Shown: positions 28,243-39,062 of the stretch, piece by piece
Numbering within the stretch: position 1 is the stretch's first letter
Layout of the letters: every line of letters starts with the position of its first letter
Origin: Podospora anserina
Lineage: Eukaryota
Direction: 5' to 3'
DNA length: 64,000 nucleotides
Assembly: GCA_017654855.1 (NCBI GenBank)
Contig: CM030337.1
Span: 1,054,001 to 1,118,000, forward strand
Notes under the pieces: model-generated
Told to the model about the DNA's origin: nothing
Seen by the model: the letters and a program-made list of their open reading frames with translations, nothing else
The model's database searches: none
Position numbers and translations under genes: made by a program

Positions 28243-28394
28243 GCTAGAGCTGAGCCCAAGAAATGATGGCCTTTGGTCCGGCAAGCCAGTGCGATCTCGA
28301 TCATATCCTGCTTTGACGGGTTCATCCACTCGTACATCGCCTGAAGCGCAGCCAGGTTCTGCTCCGCGCCCCAAATTGTAACCTTTCGGGCCAT
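28243..28394 (-). CDS. Variable first exon V3 (MARKVTIWGAEQNLAALQAMYEWMNPSKQD...KGHHFLGSAL)
   Basis: 152 nt = 50 codons + 2; donor GC|GTAAGC. Too short for the ORF track; translated by hand. Confidence 0.68.
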
Positions 28395-28641
28395 GTTGTC
28401 CGTGGTCAAACGGGTTGTTGTGATGATTTCAATCGTTGTCGGACGAAATATCGTTTGCGGACGAAAGAGGGTTGACGGACGAAGAAAAGAGGAAGGGAAA
28501 AAGAATGGGACTGTGAAGGAAAGGACGGAATATAAAGACTCTTGGGTTCGTTGGGTGCAACTCGGACCACATCAGTGGGTCGACAACTTTGTCGGTTCAC
28601 TTGTGATCTCCCGTCAACACCTATTCAGACGGATAACGTAC

Positions 28642-28802
28642 CGAAGGCCATTCCAGCCAATGTTGTAGCCACGCTCACGCATGGCCTTCACCAGCTGGTC
28701 CTTGTCTTCAGCCGACAAGGGGGCTTTCATGTTGTAAATGATTTCAAAGACGTCGTCTTTGATGTCCTCCCAGCGGTTGATATACTTGGTCGGCGGCGGC
28801 AT
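28642..28802 (-). CDS. Variable first exon V4 (MPPPTKYINRWEDIKDDVFEII...RGYNIGWNGL)
   Basis: 161 nt = 53 codons + 2; donor CG|GTACGT. Confidence 0.72.
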
Positions 28803-29084
28803 TGTGAACGGTGCTATGAAGGGTGAGATGTCGAGTGTGGTTAGAGGGTAGCGAGAGCAGCTCAGGTCAAGCTGAGGTGGTGTTTTGTGAATGGGGAAAA
28901 AGATAGCAGGTCAAAAACCAGGCTAGCAGTAAATAACTGGGCAGCTTGCTCACAGCCTGCTGGGAAAGGGCGACCACTGGCAGCACCACTAGGCAGGGCC
29001 AGACAGACGTGGTCCGATAAGGGGAGCAGGCCGATAAGGGGGCCAGACCAATGACGGAGTTGAAAGCAGCAGATGGAAACATAC

Positions 29085-29233
29085 CGAATCTTGTCCCAGT
29101 TGACGTCCTCGTGGCCCTTACTCTTCATCTTGTCCACGATCTGCGCCTGGACTTCCCTCCCCATCTCCTTGCTGTAGACGTCATACAAGCAGGTGAGGAG
29201 GTCCGAGTTGGACTGATTATCCCAGCGAACCAT
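29085..29233 (-). CDS. Variable first exon V5 (MVRWDNQSNSDLLTCLYDVY...KGHEDVNWDKI)
   Basis: 149 nt = 49 codons + 2; donor CG|GTATGT. Confidence 0.72.
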
Positions 29234-29472
29234 GTCGGCGATTGGTGTTGGTGTCGGTATTGTGTTGTGAGTGTGTGGTGCTTGAGAGAGTCGCAAGTTG
29301 CAAAAGGGAATGTGCTTGTTGTGGGAGAGAAAGTAGACTGACTGGCAAACAAACAGAATTTCCAGGTTATGGCACTAGCCAACAAGGATCTCGACTCGAC
29401 TCGACTACTGCAGGGCTTCAAGGCAGAAGACACGGAGAAAGTACAAACAAACAAACACTGCAGAATACGTAC

Positions 29473-29657
29473 CGGATAGCCTCCCAAGTGAAAGGCGAAC
29501 CCATGCGAGCCATGGTATCGACCACAATGTCCTTGCTGTTAGCCAGGCTAACGCCTTGGGCGATCAGAACGTTGTAGAGGCCCACGGCGAGGGCTTCATG
29601 AGGCTCATTGCCCCATTTGGTGTTGCCAACCTTCTCGGTGGTTCTCTTGTCAGACAT
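29473..29657 (-). CDS. Variable first exon V6 (MSDKRTTEKVGNTKWGNEPHEALAVGL...MGSPFTWEAI)
   Basis: 185 nt = 61 codons + 2; donor CG|GTACGT. Confidence 0.72.
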
Positions 29658-30158
29658 TGTTGACGGTTGATATCGAGTTGATCGTTGTCGAGTCTTTGCT
29701 GTATCCGCAGGAGGATGGCGAGATCTGGAGATGGTACAAGATCAGCAGCTTGGATGTCAGGATAAAGTCGAGATCGCGGGAGCAGATTTCGAGAGGAAAA
29801 CTAACGCAAGTTCTTGACAATGCCACCACCCCACCGTGCCAGCAAAGAACACAGGTTTGGCAAGCGCGGTGCTGAGGTAGGTAAGGCAGGAACGACAGGG
29901 GCAGCCTGGAGATTTCAACGCTCTTGCAAAGGGTATCGTGATACGGAAATATTATCCTGTTATTGCTGACGCCGAGATGTTAACCATAGCCCACCACGAA
30001 AGGGGTTCCATACTTCTTTTGAACCTTCGCCGATCCTCGCCGATCCGCCAGCGCCATTACCACATTATCATACAGTCGCATCTTTGTAACGTCCCAGACA
30101 AACCAAACAAAGGAAACACCAAGCCATCACGCTATATAGTATATATATGACGGACAGA

Positions 30159-31344
30159 TCAAGCCTCACCATAACTACTAAAGCTGCGACAAGGTGTCAG
30201 CGGCGAAAAGATATCAACAGGGAAGAGCTAAGTACTCACTCCTGACTATAGTCTCCCGGCGTGGGTTCATTGTGTGCTGACAGGGCATTCATCATAGCTT
30301 CATCATCCAGCGAACCACTTTGCGAATCGTCCAGCCTTTGCCGCTTAGCCATATGCTCGTCCGAGTCATCCTCCAGATTAGGGTCCACGGCAAGATCATC
30401 AGGGGATTCCATCTGGGCTGGTGGTGCGCCACCAGCATTGATGGGCCGAGATGGTGGGCGAACTGGTGTCTGCACCTGAGCCTGGACATTTTGAGCATAC
30501 ATGGGATGCATCTGAACACCGGGCGGCGGAGCAGGCATGCCAGGGATGACGGGCACCGGAACGCTGGTGATTTGTTGCGGCGTCGGAGGAGCGCTGGAAA
30601 CGGGAGCCACCCCCGGAGGACCAGGAGCCACACCCGGGACGGGGCCAGGAGCAACACTAGGGGCTAAGCCCGGGCCGCCACCAGGAGCCACACCGGGGGC
30701 TTGTCCTGGCCCGGCGGCGGCAATGGCGGCGGCGGCAGCAGCAGCAGCATGATCGGCAGCAGTTGGTGGAGCGGGGTTTTTTCTTGGGCGGCCTCGGCCG
30801 GGTCCTGGTCTCCGTGTGATGGGGTTCAAGGTGGGATCAATCTTTCTGGGACTGTTGTCGGGGTTGACAGTGCTGGAATCGGCCTTGTTCTGAGCACGAC
30901 GAAGGCCTTGGAAGTGCTGGCTGGGACGGTGTGTTAGATCAGATCAAACAGCATAAAGAACATTCCCGGTTGGATGGCCGATATCACAAATGGTAACTTG
31001 ACATCCGCCCGCTGACTGGCTGAAGGTACCGCAACAGACATCATCTCGGCTCAACTCGAGCAAACAATTGTTGATCAACTAAAAGGGGGTACAGGATTGG
31101 GGCAGAGATACAAGAGAAACAACAAGCAACAGCCACCGGCCAGTGCTAATCATTTACGGAGATACCAGACATGAATTACAAGAGAAACTCACCGACATCC
31201 TTCGTTGGTGAAGCCATAGCCCATGGAGCGCATATGGTTGCCGATGGTAGTCCATTCGCTGCCACTGATGACGCCAATGTTCTTGACGGACAGGATGGTG
31301 AAGAACAGGTCCTTGTCGGCCCGGTCGTTCCAGTTCTTGTTCAT
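30159..31344 (-). CDS. Myb/SANT-like plus AT-hook protein, 3 exons (31344-31193, 30920-30240, 30183-30159)
   Basis: MNKNWNDRADKDLFFTILSV...MRSMGYGFTNEGCR|QHFQGLRRAQ...RRPGPGRGRPRK (AT-hook), a Pro/Ala-rich region, AKRQR; canonical splice sites. Confidence 0.82.
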
Positions 31345-33412
31345 GGTGACAGCGACAGCGGCAGTATCAGAATACAATAATTGGTAGCTGATGAACAGAG
31401 TGGATAGCGGCCACGAGAGGGAAAATTGCTAAGGTCTGCTAAGCAGAGATGCATTTGCTGAAGAAGGCGGCCAGATCATTCAACTGGCGCCGAGACCAGA
31501 CCACCATGTTCCATCTGATTGGCCAATGCCACATGGTCAGAGCTTCCTCGCTAGGGGCTGGGACCAAACTCAATTGGGACAGAGGAAGGGAGGGGAAGAA
31601 AAAAAAGAGGTTGGGGAATTGGGATGGCGCCTTGTGGTCCGTGGAATGGAATGTGTGAGTGGGTGGGTCCCATATTAAGAGAAAAAAACCCGAGGTCAGA
31701 TGATTTGGCGCCAGTATCGCGCACCAGTGGCACAGCCCCCCAGCCTGCGACGCGCTGTAGCCCTGAAATATCCCCAACCTGACGCGGATGACGACTGCCT
31801 GTGGGCCATTCACTGTCCTGTTGAGTGATCTCAACTCTTTGTAGCACAGTGATAACATCATGTAGATACATCACCGCTCTTGTGATGACTCGATCCGAGG
31901 CAACCGTGACTGTTGCAATCATGCCTTTGTCCTCTGTACCTACCTTAGACATTGCTCCGGCGGGTTGCATCACCGCCTTATCGTCGGCGTCTCAGGACGG
32001 AAGCTCGGGAGGGGTAGCATCACGGGCTGCTCTGTACCCCATCATCAGGCAGCCAAGAGGCAACAAAAAAGGCCACGAAGCAATGAGCGTGCGTCTACCA
32101 TTGACCCGCTCCCCCATCCCCCATTCCCCATCCCCATCCATGCCTTGCTCCCACTACCTACCTCATCGACTCTGCATATTCTGAACCTGGAAATCCCACT
32201 CAGTTTTTTCCTCTTGCTCCAACCGACGTCTCGCATTTCCCAATCCCATCCGAGTCTAGTGACTCACTAATCAATCTGTCTGTGCCGTTCCTGACACTGG
32301 CCAGCTGGAGACAGATTGATTCCCGATCGATCCAGACTTCCCTTCCCCTCCCCCGAGCCATGCAGTTTGACGGATGGTTCACCCACCTGCATGTCGTCGC
32401 CCGGACTGCGCAAGCATCTACTTATCATTGTGACAGCTACGACAGCTTCGACAGCTACTAGCTCACACAGCTGCCGCACCTCGAGGCAGCCACTCGATTC
32501 GCCAGGGGCCGTTTGACATGGTCACAGCCAATGCCTTGACTCGGAGCAGCTTCAACAAGAGATGGATGTCACACCTCCAGCATGTGAGGCAAGGGCCAGG
32601 GATCTGCATGTCTTGGGAGAAAAGCACTTCACGCGGTAGCGCCTCGGTGCCGCGTTGCGCTCGTCGCTCCATCCCACCCTCTATCGCCGGCTTCTTTCTT
32701 GTGTGAGTGGCCCGGCCTTTTCCTTTTGTTGAGCCTGTTCCCCCACCAGAGGGCCTATGGACCAGGCAACCACTGCTGATTGTCTTCTGGAAATGCTGTA
32801 GATAGATAGATACCTATGCCCGGAAAAGGAGGTCCTATCTGTGTCCAGCGCAGGGTGGCGCTTTCAAGCTGCATTCTGTGCTTCACCCACAATGGCTGCT
32901 GCTCACACCCGGCAAACAAAACCTCATGCATCCCCCTCCTCATTCGGCAAAGACTGCTGTCCCCCTTTGCTCTCTTCCCCAATGAAGACCGATGCCACCA
33001 AGCCATTGCTTCTTTGCTCTCAGCCCAAAGGAAAACTACATGAGAAGGGTTTTTATTGCTTCTATTAGGGGGTGAAACAGGCATATAACCCGCCCGACAG
33101 CCTCACCCACGGCTCATCTACATTCACACCGCACACCATCCCGTCCAACAGTGACTCACTTCCCCACACAGCTCCCCAGAGCCTTCTGTAGTATTCTGTC
33201 GGTGTGATCCTTGGCCCCTGCGAGAGAAGAAGAGCCTTCATATTGAGCTGGCCACTCCCCTCTGCTGCTGGGTGGTGGTTTTCTCTCTCTTTTCTTCCCT
33301 CGGTCGGCTGGCTTTCGACCGCCTCTCCCCTCCCTTCCACACCCTCCATCCCCCAATCAGACGTCGACATCCTCCCCAACCGCCCGATCGAGAGCCCTCT
33401 GCATCCTTCATC

Positions 33413-34659
33413 ATGGCCCACAACGATAATGCCATGACCCGGTTCCTCTTTGCCATACTCCAGCAAAAATGCCTCAAAGATGTATGTTTTCTCTGCTTCT
33501 TCTACCGCCACGGAGAGACCACTCACCAGGCCAACTTCGCGTCCAGATCGACTGGAACAAGGTGGCCCAAGATCCCAATCTCGCTCAGCCCATTACCAAT
33601 GGCCATGCCGCCCGCATGCGCTACTCGAGGTTCAGGTCGGCCATGCTAGGCATCGAACCTCAGAAACGAAACAGAGTCACCAAGCCGACAGCGAGGAAGA
33701 AAAAGACCACAGCAGCATCCACCTCACAAAAGGAAGCCGGCGATGGAGACACCCAAAACACGCCTGCTAAGCCCGACAATCCTCCAGCGAAGAAGATCAA
33801 GGTCGAAAGGTTATCGCCAAAGCCTGCCAATCCACAACTGCCTTCTCCAAAGTCGGATGCCATCCCAGCCAGCACCTTCGAAATCGAGACGGTCAGGATC
33901 AAGAAAGAAAGGACAGCATCTAGCACTCCTACCACAGCTACTATGTCGATGCCCGGGACACCCATCGACACGCCTCTCTTCTCCAACATGATGCATTCTC
34001 ACCGCCAGGGCCCAACTCCCATCCCGCCACCTGCGCACAATCACACCATGCGTCTTCTGACGCCATGCAGCGACCATCAATCCCCCGTGTCCGTCCAAGC
34101 ACAAGCATCAGACGTGTTGATGCATCACAATCTTAACCAAAACTTCATGACAGCCGCTCACAGCAGCCCTCTAAGCAATACTCACGACTTTCATCAACAC
34201 CATCATCAATCACAAACTCAGCCCCCCTACGATCACCACACCCACCACTTCGACACCGCGAGCCCCACCTGGGGCCACACAAGCCACATGTCGCAGAACA
34301 GTCCCGCGTCGGTATCGATGTACTCGCCCACAAACACGACCGCGACAGCCTTTGGCTACTCCCCATCCGCTGCCGCCCGCGATCACACACACTCACATTC
34401 GCAACACACCCAGTTCTCCCAGCAGCAACAAACACAAGAGGAGCGCAATCTCGGACTGATGGGGATGGGAATGGGAATGGGGATGAACACAATGAATATG
34501 AACCTCGCTGGGATGGACACGGGGCAGTTTGATTTCAATAATATGGTGATGCATCAGGGGTTGAGGACGAGTGTGTCGCCTTCTCCTGCTCACCCCATCA
34601 AAGCGGAGCATGCGTCGGGGAGTCCCCAGTGGGGGGCGATGGATGGGGGGTTTGTTTGA
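33413..34659 (+). CDS. Myb/SANT-like domain protein with a long disordered tail, 2 exons (intron 33482-33546)
   Basis: MAHNDNAMTRFLFAILQQKCLKD|IDWNKVAQDP...ITNGHAARMRYSRFRSAM; tail contains RLLTPCSD. Confidence 0.82.
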
Positions 34660-37588
34660 TATTTTTGATACGGAGCCAAGATTGGGTAACACGGTTCGGG
34701 AAGTTTATGAAGAGGGAAGATATTGGGTTGTCAGTTACGTTGATTTTGATTTTCTTCTCTTTCTCTTTTACATGGTTGTAAACGGTAGATTGGTTTTCAG
34801 ACTTGTCGTCTACATTTTCTTCTTCTGCTCAGACCCTGCCCCTGGACCTTTGAGGGATGAAGAGTGGGGGGTTGTAACATTACCTTTTCTTCTTCGTTGT
34901 GTAGTCGGTTGGGAACCCAGATGTGAGCGCATTGAAGAGAGGATATCTTGGGGTGGGTTGGGGTAGGGTGTGATAGTTTGGTATGATTGATTGATAATAT
35001 GATTGATACATCTCCAATCTAGTTCGCTTTTGCAAATTGTTGATATCGGTGATGATCACCGTCTCAAATGTCGTGTTTGTTTCATTTTTTTTCTTTTTCT
35101 TCAATTACCCTCAGCATTTCGTCCAAGCTGGGAGAAGTGTCTCTAAGCTCAGTTGAACAACACATACCGCTCTAACATCGACATCGCCTCCAGATCGTTC
35201 ACATTGGCGCTAGTCACCCGCTCTGGCCAACTGCCACTTAACTTTCAACAGAACCATCATTATTTACCTGGGTACACTTTGACCACCTCCCATCCAATTC
35301 ACGGGTTTAACCCCATCCATCTCTTCACCACGGTCACATCCCCACCGTGCTACTCATCAGTACAACATTCCGTTACTTCCAGCAAAAAAAGTAAAACACC
35401 AGCAAACTTCAGCTCCACGTCCGATCCCATGAAAGAGCCAGTGTGAGCACCACCTAGGCATCACCAAACCCGCAGAGCCCACAACCGAGCTTCCTACTTA
35501 ACTAGAATTGCTTCGACGGAAAAACACTCCCAAGCTATCCTCATTATGTTCTCACCATATCACAGCTTGGCCGAACAGACACCTCTAAACATTCCTGAAT
35601 ATTATCATGGGATACTAAGATAATATGTTTTGAACTACTCCCTCTGTGTTATCACGGCGAGAGCTAGACGGATAAATATTTCCAGATCATACCATTTGTA
35701 TCACCACTCCATGACGGTTGAGACGACTAGGTAGACATGTCCAAAGCACCCACTCCATTTTATTGTCATTCTTTTTTAATAAATATATAACTCTATACTA
35801 TCATTGTCATATACGCTTAGACAAACATACATTCCCGAACCATGCCCTACGTGCTATCATCATAGCCAAGGTACCTGTGTTTAGACGAAAAAACCTTCTC
35901 AAACCACCCCATCTATATCACAGCTCAGACGGACTCCCATTTCCAACCCCAACCCCCCTACCTATATCACCACCGTACAGCAGCTTAGACAAACAGTTCT
36001 GTCCATATCGTCTCCCTCAAAGGGCATCGCACAGGTCAGACACATTAACTTTAACGAATCGGGTAGTTACAAGTCCCGAGTATCATGCATGGTAATCCGT
36101 CTAGGATACCCAGGGGTAGCAGACCTCGTGTCCAAGTTAGAGGGAGCGGAACAACCCCGAGCCAGGCCTATGTCAGCAATACGCGCTGAGACAACCCCCA
36201 GACCCCGTAGACATCCGCTTGGATGAATTTTCCGCCTTTCTCCCTCGCGTATACCATTTGCATAGGTGTCTTGTGGTCTGCATTACCCCTGTTGATAGCA
36301 CTGGAGTTAGGGTTTGATGTGGCATGTTACCCTAGCAACGCTAAACAGCGCCGGATCCACATTCCAGGGGGATAGACCCCCCTTCTCGAACTTAACCACT
36401 ACCACCATTGCCGCCATGGTACGCACAACAAGAAGAGATACCTGCCTAGACATGGGATTGAAGAATGTGAGATACCTACATTCAAGGAGGCAGACACGTT
36501 GACGGTTCGTGTTGCGTTAGGAGTGCCCTGGGGGACAAGAGCAATGAGCTGGAGTGACCATCATGTACGGTGAATAATGCTTAGCTGTTGGGGGATGGAA
36601 AGGTTGAGGATGAGTGGGAGAATTGGGAGTGAGGTTGTGTCGGCGGGGAGGGAGGGGTTGGAGCAATGTTGGAGTTGTGTTGAGGGGAGCATTGCGTGCA
36701 GTGATTCTGGGACGGAGGATGACTTTGGTGGGATACGGTTAATACATTCGTTGAGGCGTAATTGAGGCGAATGTATGCTTTTTATGGGGATAAGAGTCTG
36801 CCCGAGCAGTGGATTGGTGTTGATTGAGGTGATGGGCGTCGAGACTTCAGGATGGTGGGACTTGAGAAGGGGAGTCGTGAGAGTTATTGTTTGGAAGAGT
36901 TTGGTGCCAGCAATGATTTGATGGAGGTGGGCTAGATTACAGTTCAAACATTTTGAAGCCTCAGGGTCAGCTTGCGGCTCTAGGGCTTGTGTCGAGCGGC
37001 GTCGATAGGGAAATCGCTTCAAATTCTGGGAGGCGATGACAACGAGGCTTTGAAGCTGTTCAAGGTAGCATGTGTTTGAGATGCCAGAGTCTATCCGTGA
37101 TACCACAGCCAAGAGAGACTCCCTCTCAGTACCTTATCTTCGTCCGCTCTTTGAGAAATGACGACCCAATCTACTGACTGCCTAAATCTGCCGAGCCCCT
37201 CACTGCCATGATAAGAACATCAGACGCTTCCCAAGGTCACCATCAGCTTCTTTCTCCGCCTACAAGACACAGAACACGCAATCCCCTTGACCCATGTGTA
37301 TTCTTTGGGCCAGTTGACTCGCAATGCCGTCGCCGCCTGCGTATCGTCGTCCGAAGTGAATAGCCCCGTTATCATTCTCCTGCTCCCTTTCCCACCCCCC
37401 GGCCAGTGAGACTCAAGGATTGCGGCTCTCCGTCCATTGCCCCTTCCCCGCTTGAAATCAGACGGCCAGCTTGGTCGCTCCAAAACAAAAAAAAGAAATC
37501 GATTCCAATCTTGAGTTATTGAGCAACTACGATCCACAAATCCCACAGAACTGGTGGCGTAGGACCGGCGCAGGGAGTCCTTAAATAG

Positions 37589-37590
<2 letters not shown>

Positions 37591-37671
<81 letters not shown>
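37591..37671. repeat. (CT)n microsatellite upstream of the 38214 gene
   Basis: Seen directly. Confidence 0.95.
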
Positions 37672-37674
<3 letters not shown>

Positions 37675-38213
37675 GTTCTCCTGCATTTCTTTTCTTTCCC
37701 ACAACACAACCACTTTGTGACATTCGCTTCCTGCTGCCTTTGGCTTTCTGCTTTTGCGACAACAACCCAACAGCCACAGACAACAACTGCTCTTTGGCAA
37801 GAGAAGCATTGATTGCTTGCCTCACTCAATACCGCTCTCCCAGTAAGTTATCTTCTTCCTTCGGAGTTTTGTTTTCTTCCGTCCCGGGGCCGTGATTGCA
37901 GTCGCAATTGCCGGTCGGGCATCTTTGGTCGCCATTCATGGCACAAGTGTGTTTTATGTTGCGACTTTCTTTCGTCAGATTCACACCGACAATTGTTTCC
38001 TTCCCTTTCCTCGCCTCGTCTACCTATTCAACACATAGATCCCACCTCACCCTCGACACAAACACTCTATCAATCTCACACCACACCTCTCCAACCGCCA
38101 AAATGGACTACCTAAAGACAGCCTTCAATTATACAAAACTAACTCTTCTCTCTTTCACAGACCACAAAAACAACCCCTTTTCATCTCAACAACTCACAAA
38201 AGCAACAAGGACA

Positions 38214-39062
38214 ATGGCCGAAGAGAAAGCCCCCCAGCCCACCTCAGCTGAGGCCTTCCTCTTCTATTCCATAGTGAAGAATCTGAGAACCCGGCCAGAT
38301 ATCAACTGGGAGGGCGTCGCCCGCGACAACGGTTTCAAAAACGCCGAGACGGCCAAGGTGCGCTACGGACAGGTGAAGCGCAAGCTCAACATTGAGAACT
38401 GGTCGCCGCCCGTCAAGCCGCAGGGCGGCAGATCCAGCGGTTCGGGCGTGGGCAAGACGGAGATGGACCAGGGGACTAGTCTTGTAAGCAGCAAGCCCAA
38501 GGCTGGGACTGGAGCTGGGGTAGTGAAGAAGAGGACGAACAACAATGGGAAGGGTGGTGGGAAGAAGACTCCGGCCAAGGTTATGGAGGAGGAGGATGAT
38601 GATGATGATGACGAGGAGGAGGAGGAGGAGGAGAAGTCGAAGGCGAAGGGGATCGATGCTGCCTTGGCGAGACTCTCTCCCACGCCGACGGGACGGGCTC
38701 AGCGGCAGGTTGAGTTTGGCAGTGCGATTGCTGATGTGGATGAGTATATTTCTTCGCTGCAGAGTCGGACTCCCATCGTGGCTGCCAGGCAGGTCGGTTC
38801 TTACCCTCCTCGTGGGGTCAAGATCGCGGGGGAGGTTTATCTGAAGACTGCCATTCCGGTTAGGGGGTTGGGGGATGTGTGGACGGTCAAGCCGGTTAGT
38901 CCTGAGGGGCATGAGGCTTGGTTTCAGGGGTTGGGGTTGGAGGATCAGAACCGGTTTATGGAGGAGGCGGTGGAGTTTTTTGTGAAGAGTTCGGAGGAGG
39001 GGGTCGTGGGGGAGAATGCGTTGGTGGTGCATCAGGGTGGTGATGATACGGGGGTTCACTAA
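38214..39062 (+). CDS. Myb/SANT-like domain protein
   Basis: MAEEKAPQPTSAEAFLFYSIVKNLRTRPDINWEGVARDNGFKNAETAKVRYGQVKRKL, then basic and acidic tracts. Probable 5'UTR intron 37843-38160 (GTAAGT...ACTAAC...CAG). Confidence 0.78.
   Translation: MAEEKAPQPTSAEAFLFYSIVKNLRTRPDINWEGVARDNGFKNAETAKVRYGQVKRKLNIENWSPPVKPQGGRSSGSGVGKTEMDQGTSLVSSKPKAGTGAGVVKKRTNNNGKGGGKKTPAKVMEEEDDDDDDEEEEEEEKSKAKGIDAALARLSPTPTGRAQRQVEFGSAIADVDEYISSLQSRTPIVAARQVGSYPPRGVKIAGEVYLKTAIPVRGLGDVWTVKPVSPEGHEAWFQGLGLEDQNRFMEEAVEFFVKSSEEGVVGENALVVHQGGDDTGVH

Noticed and set aside
31439-31507. MVVWSRRQLNDLAAFFSKCISA, superficially like the start of V5
   Set aside because: Stops after 22 codons and has no G(Y/H) motif or phase-2 donor; probably chance within a promoter region.
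36561-37112. 183-aa minus-strand ORF
   Set aside because: Non-ATG start and no recognisable motif.
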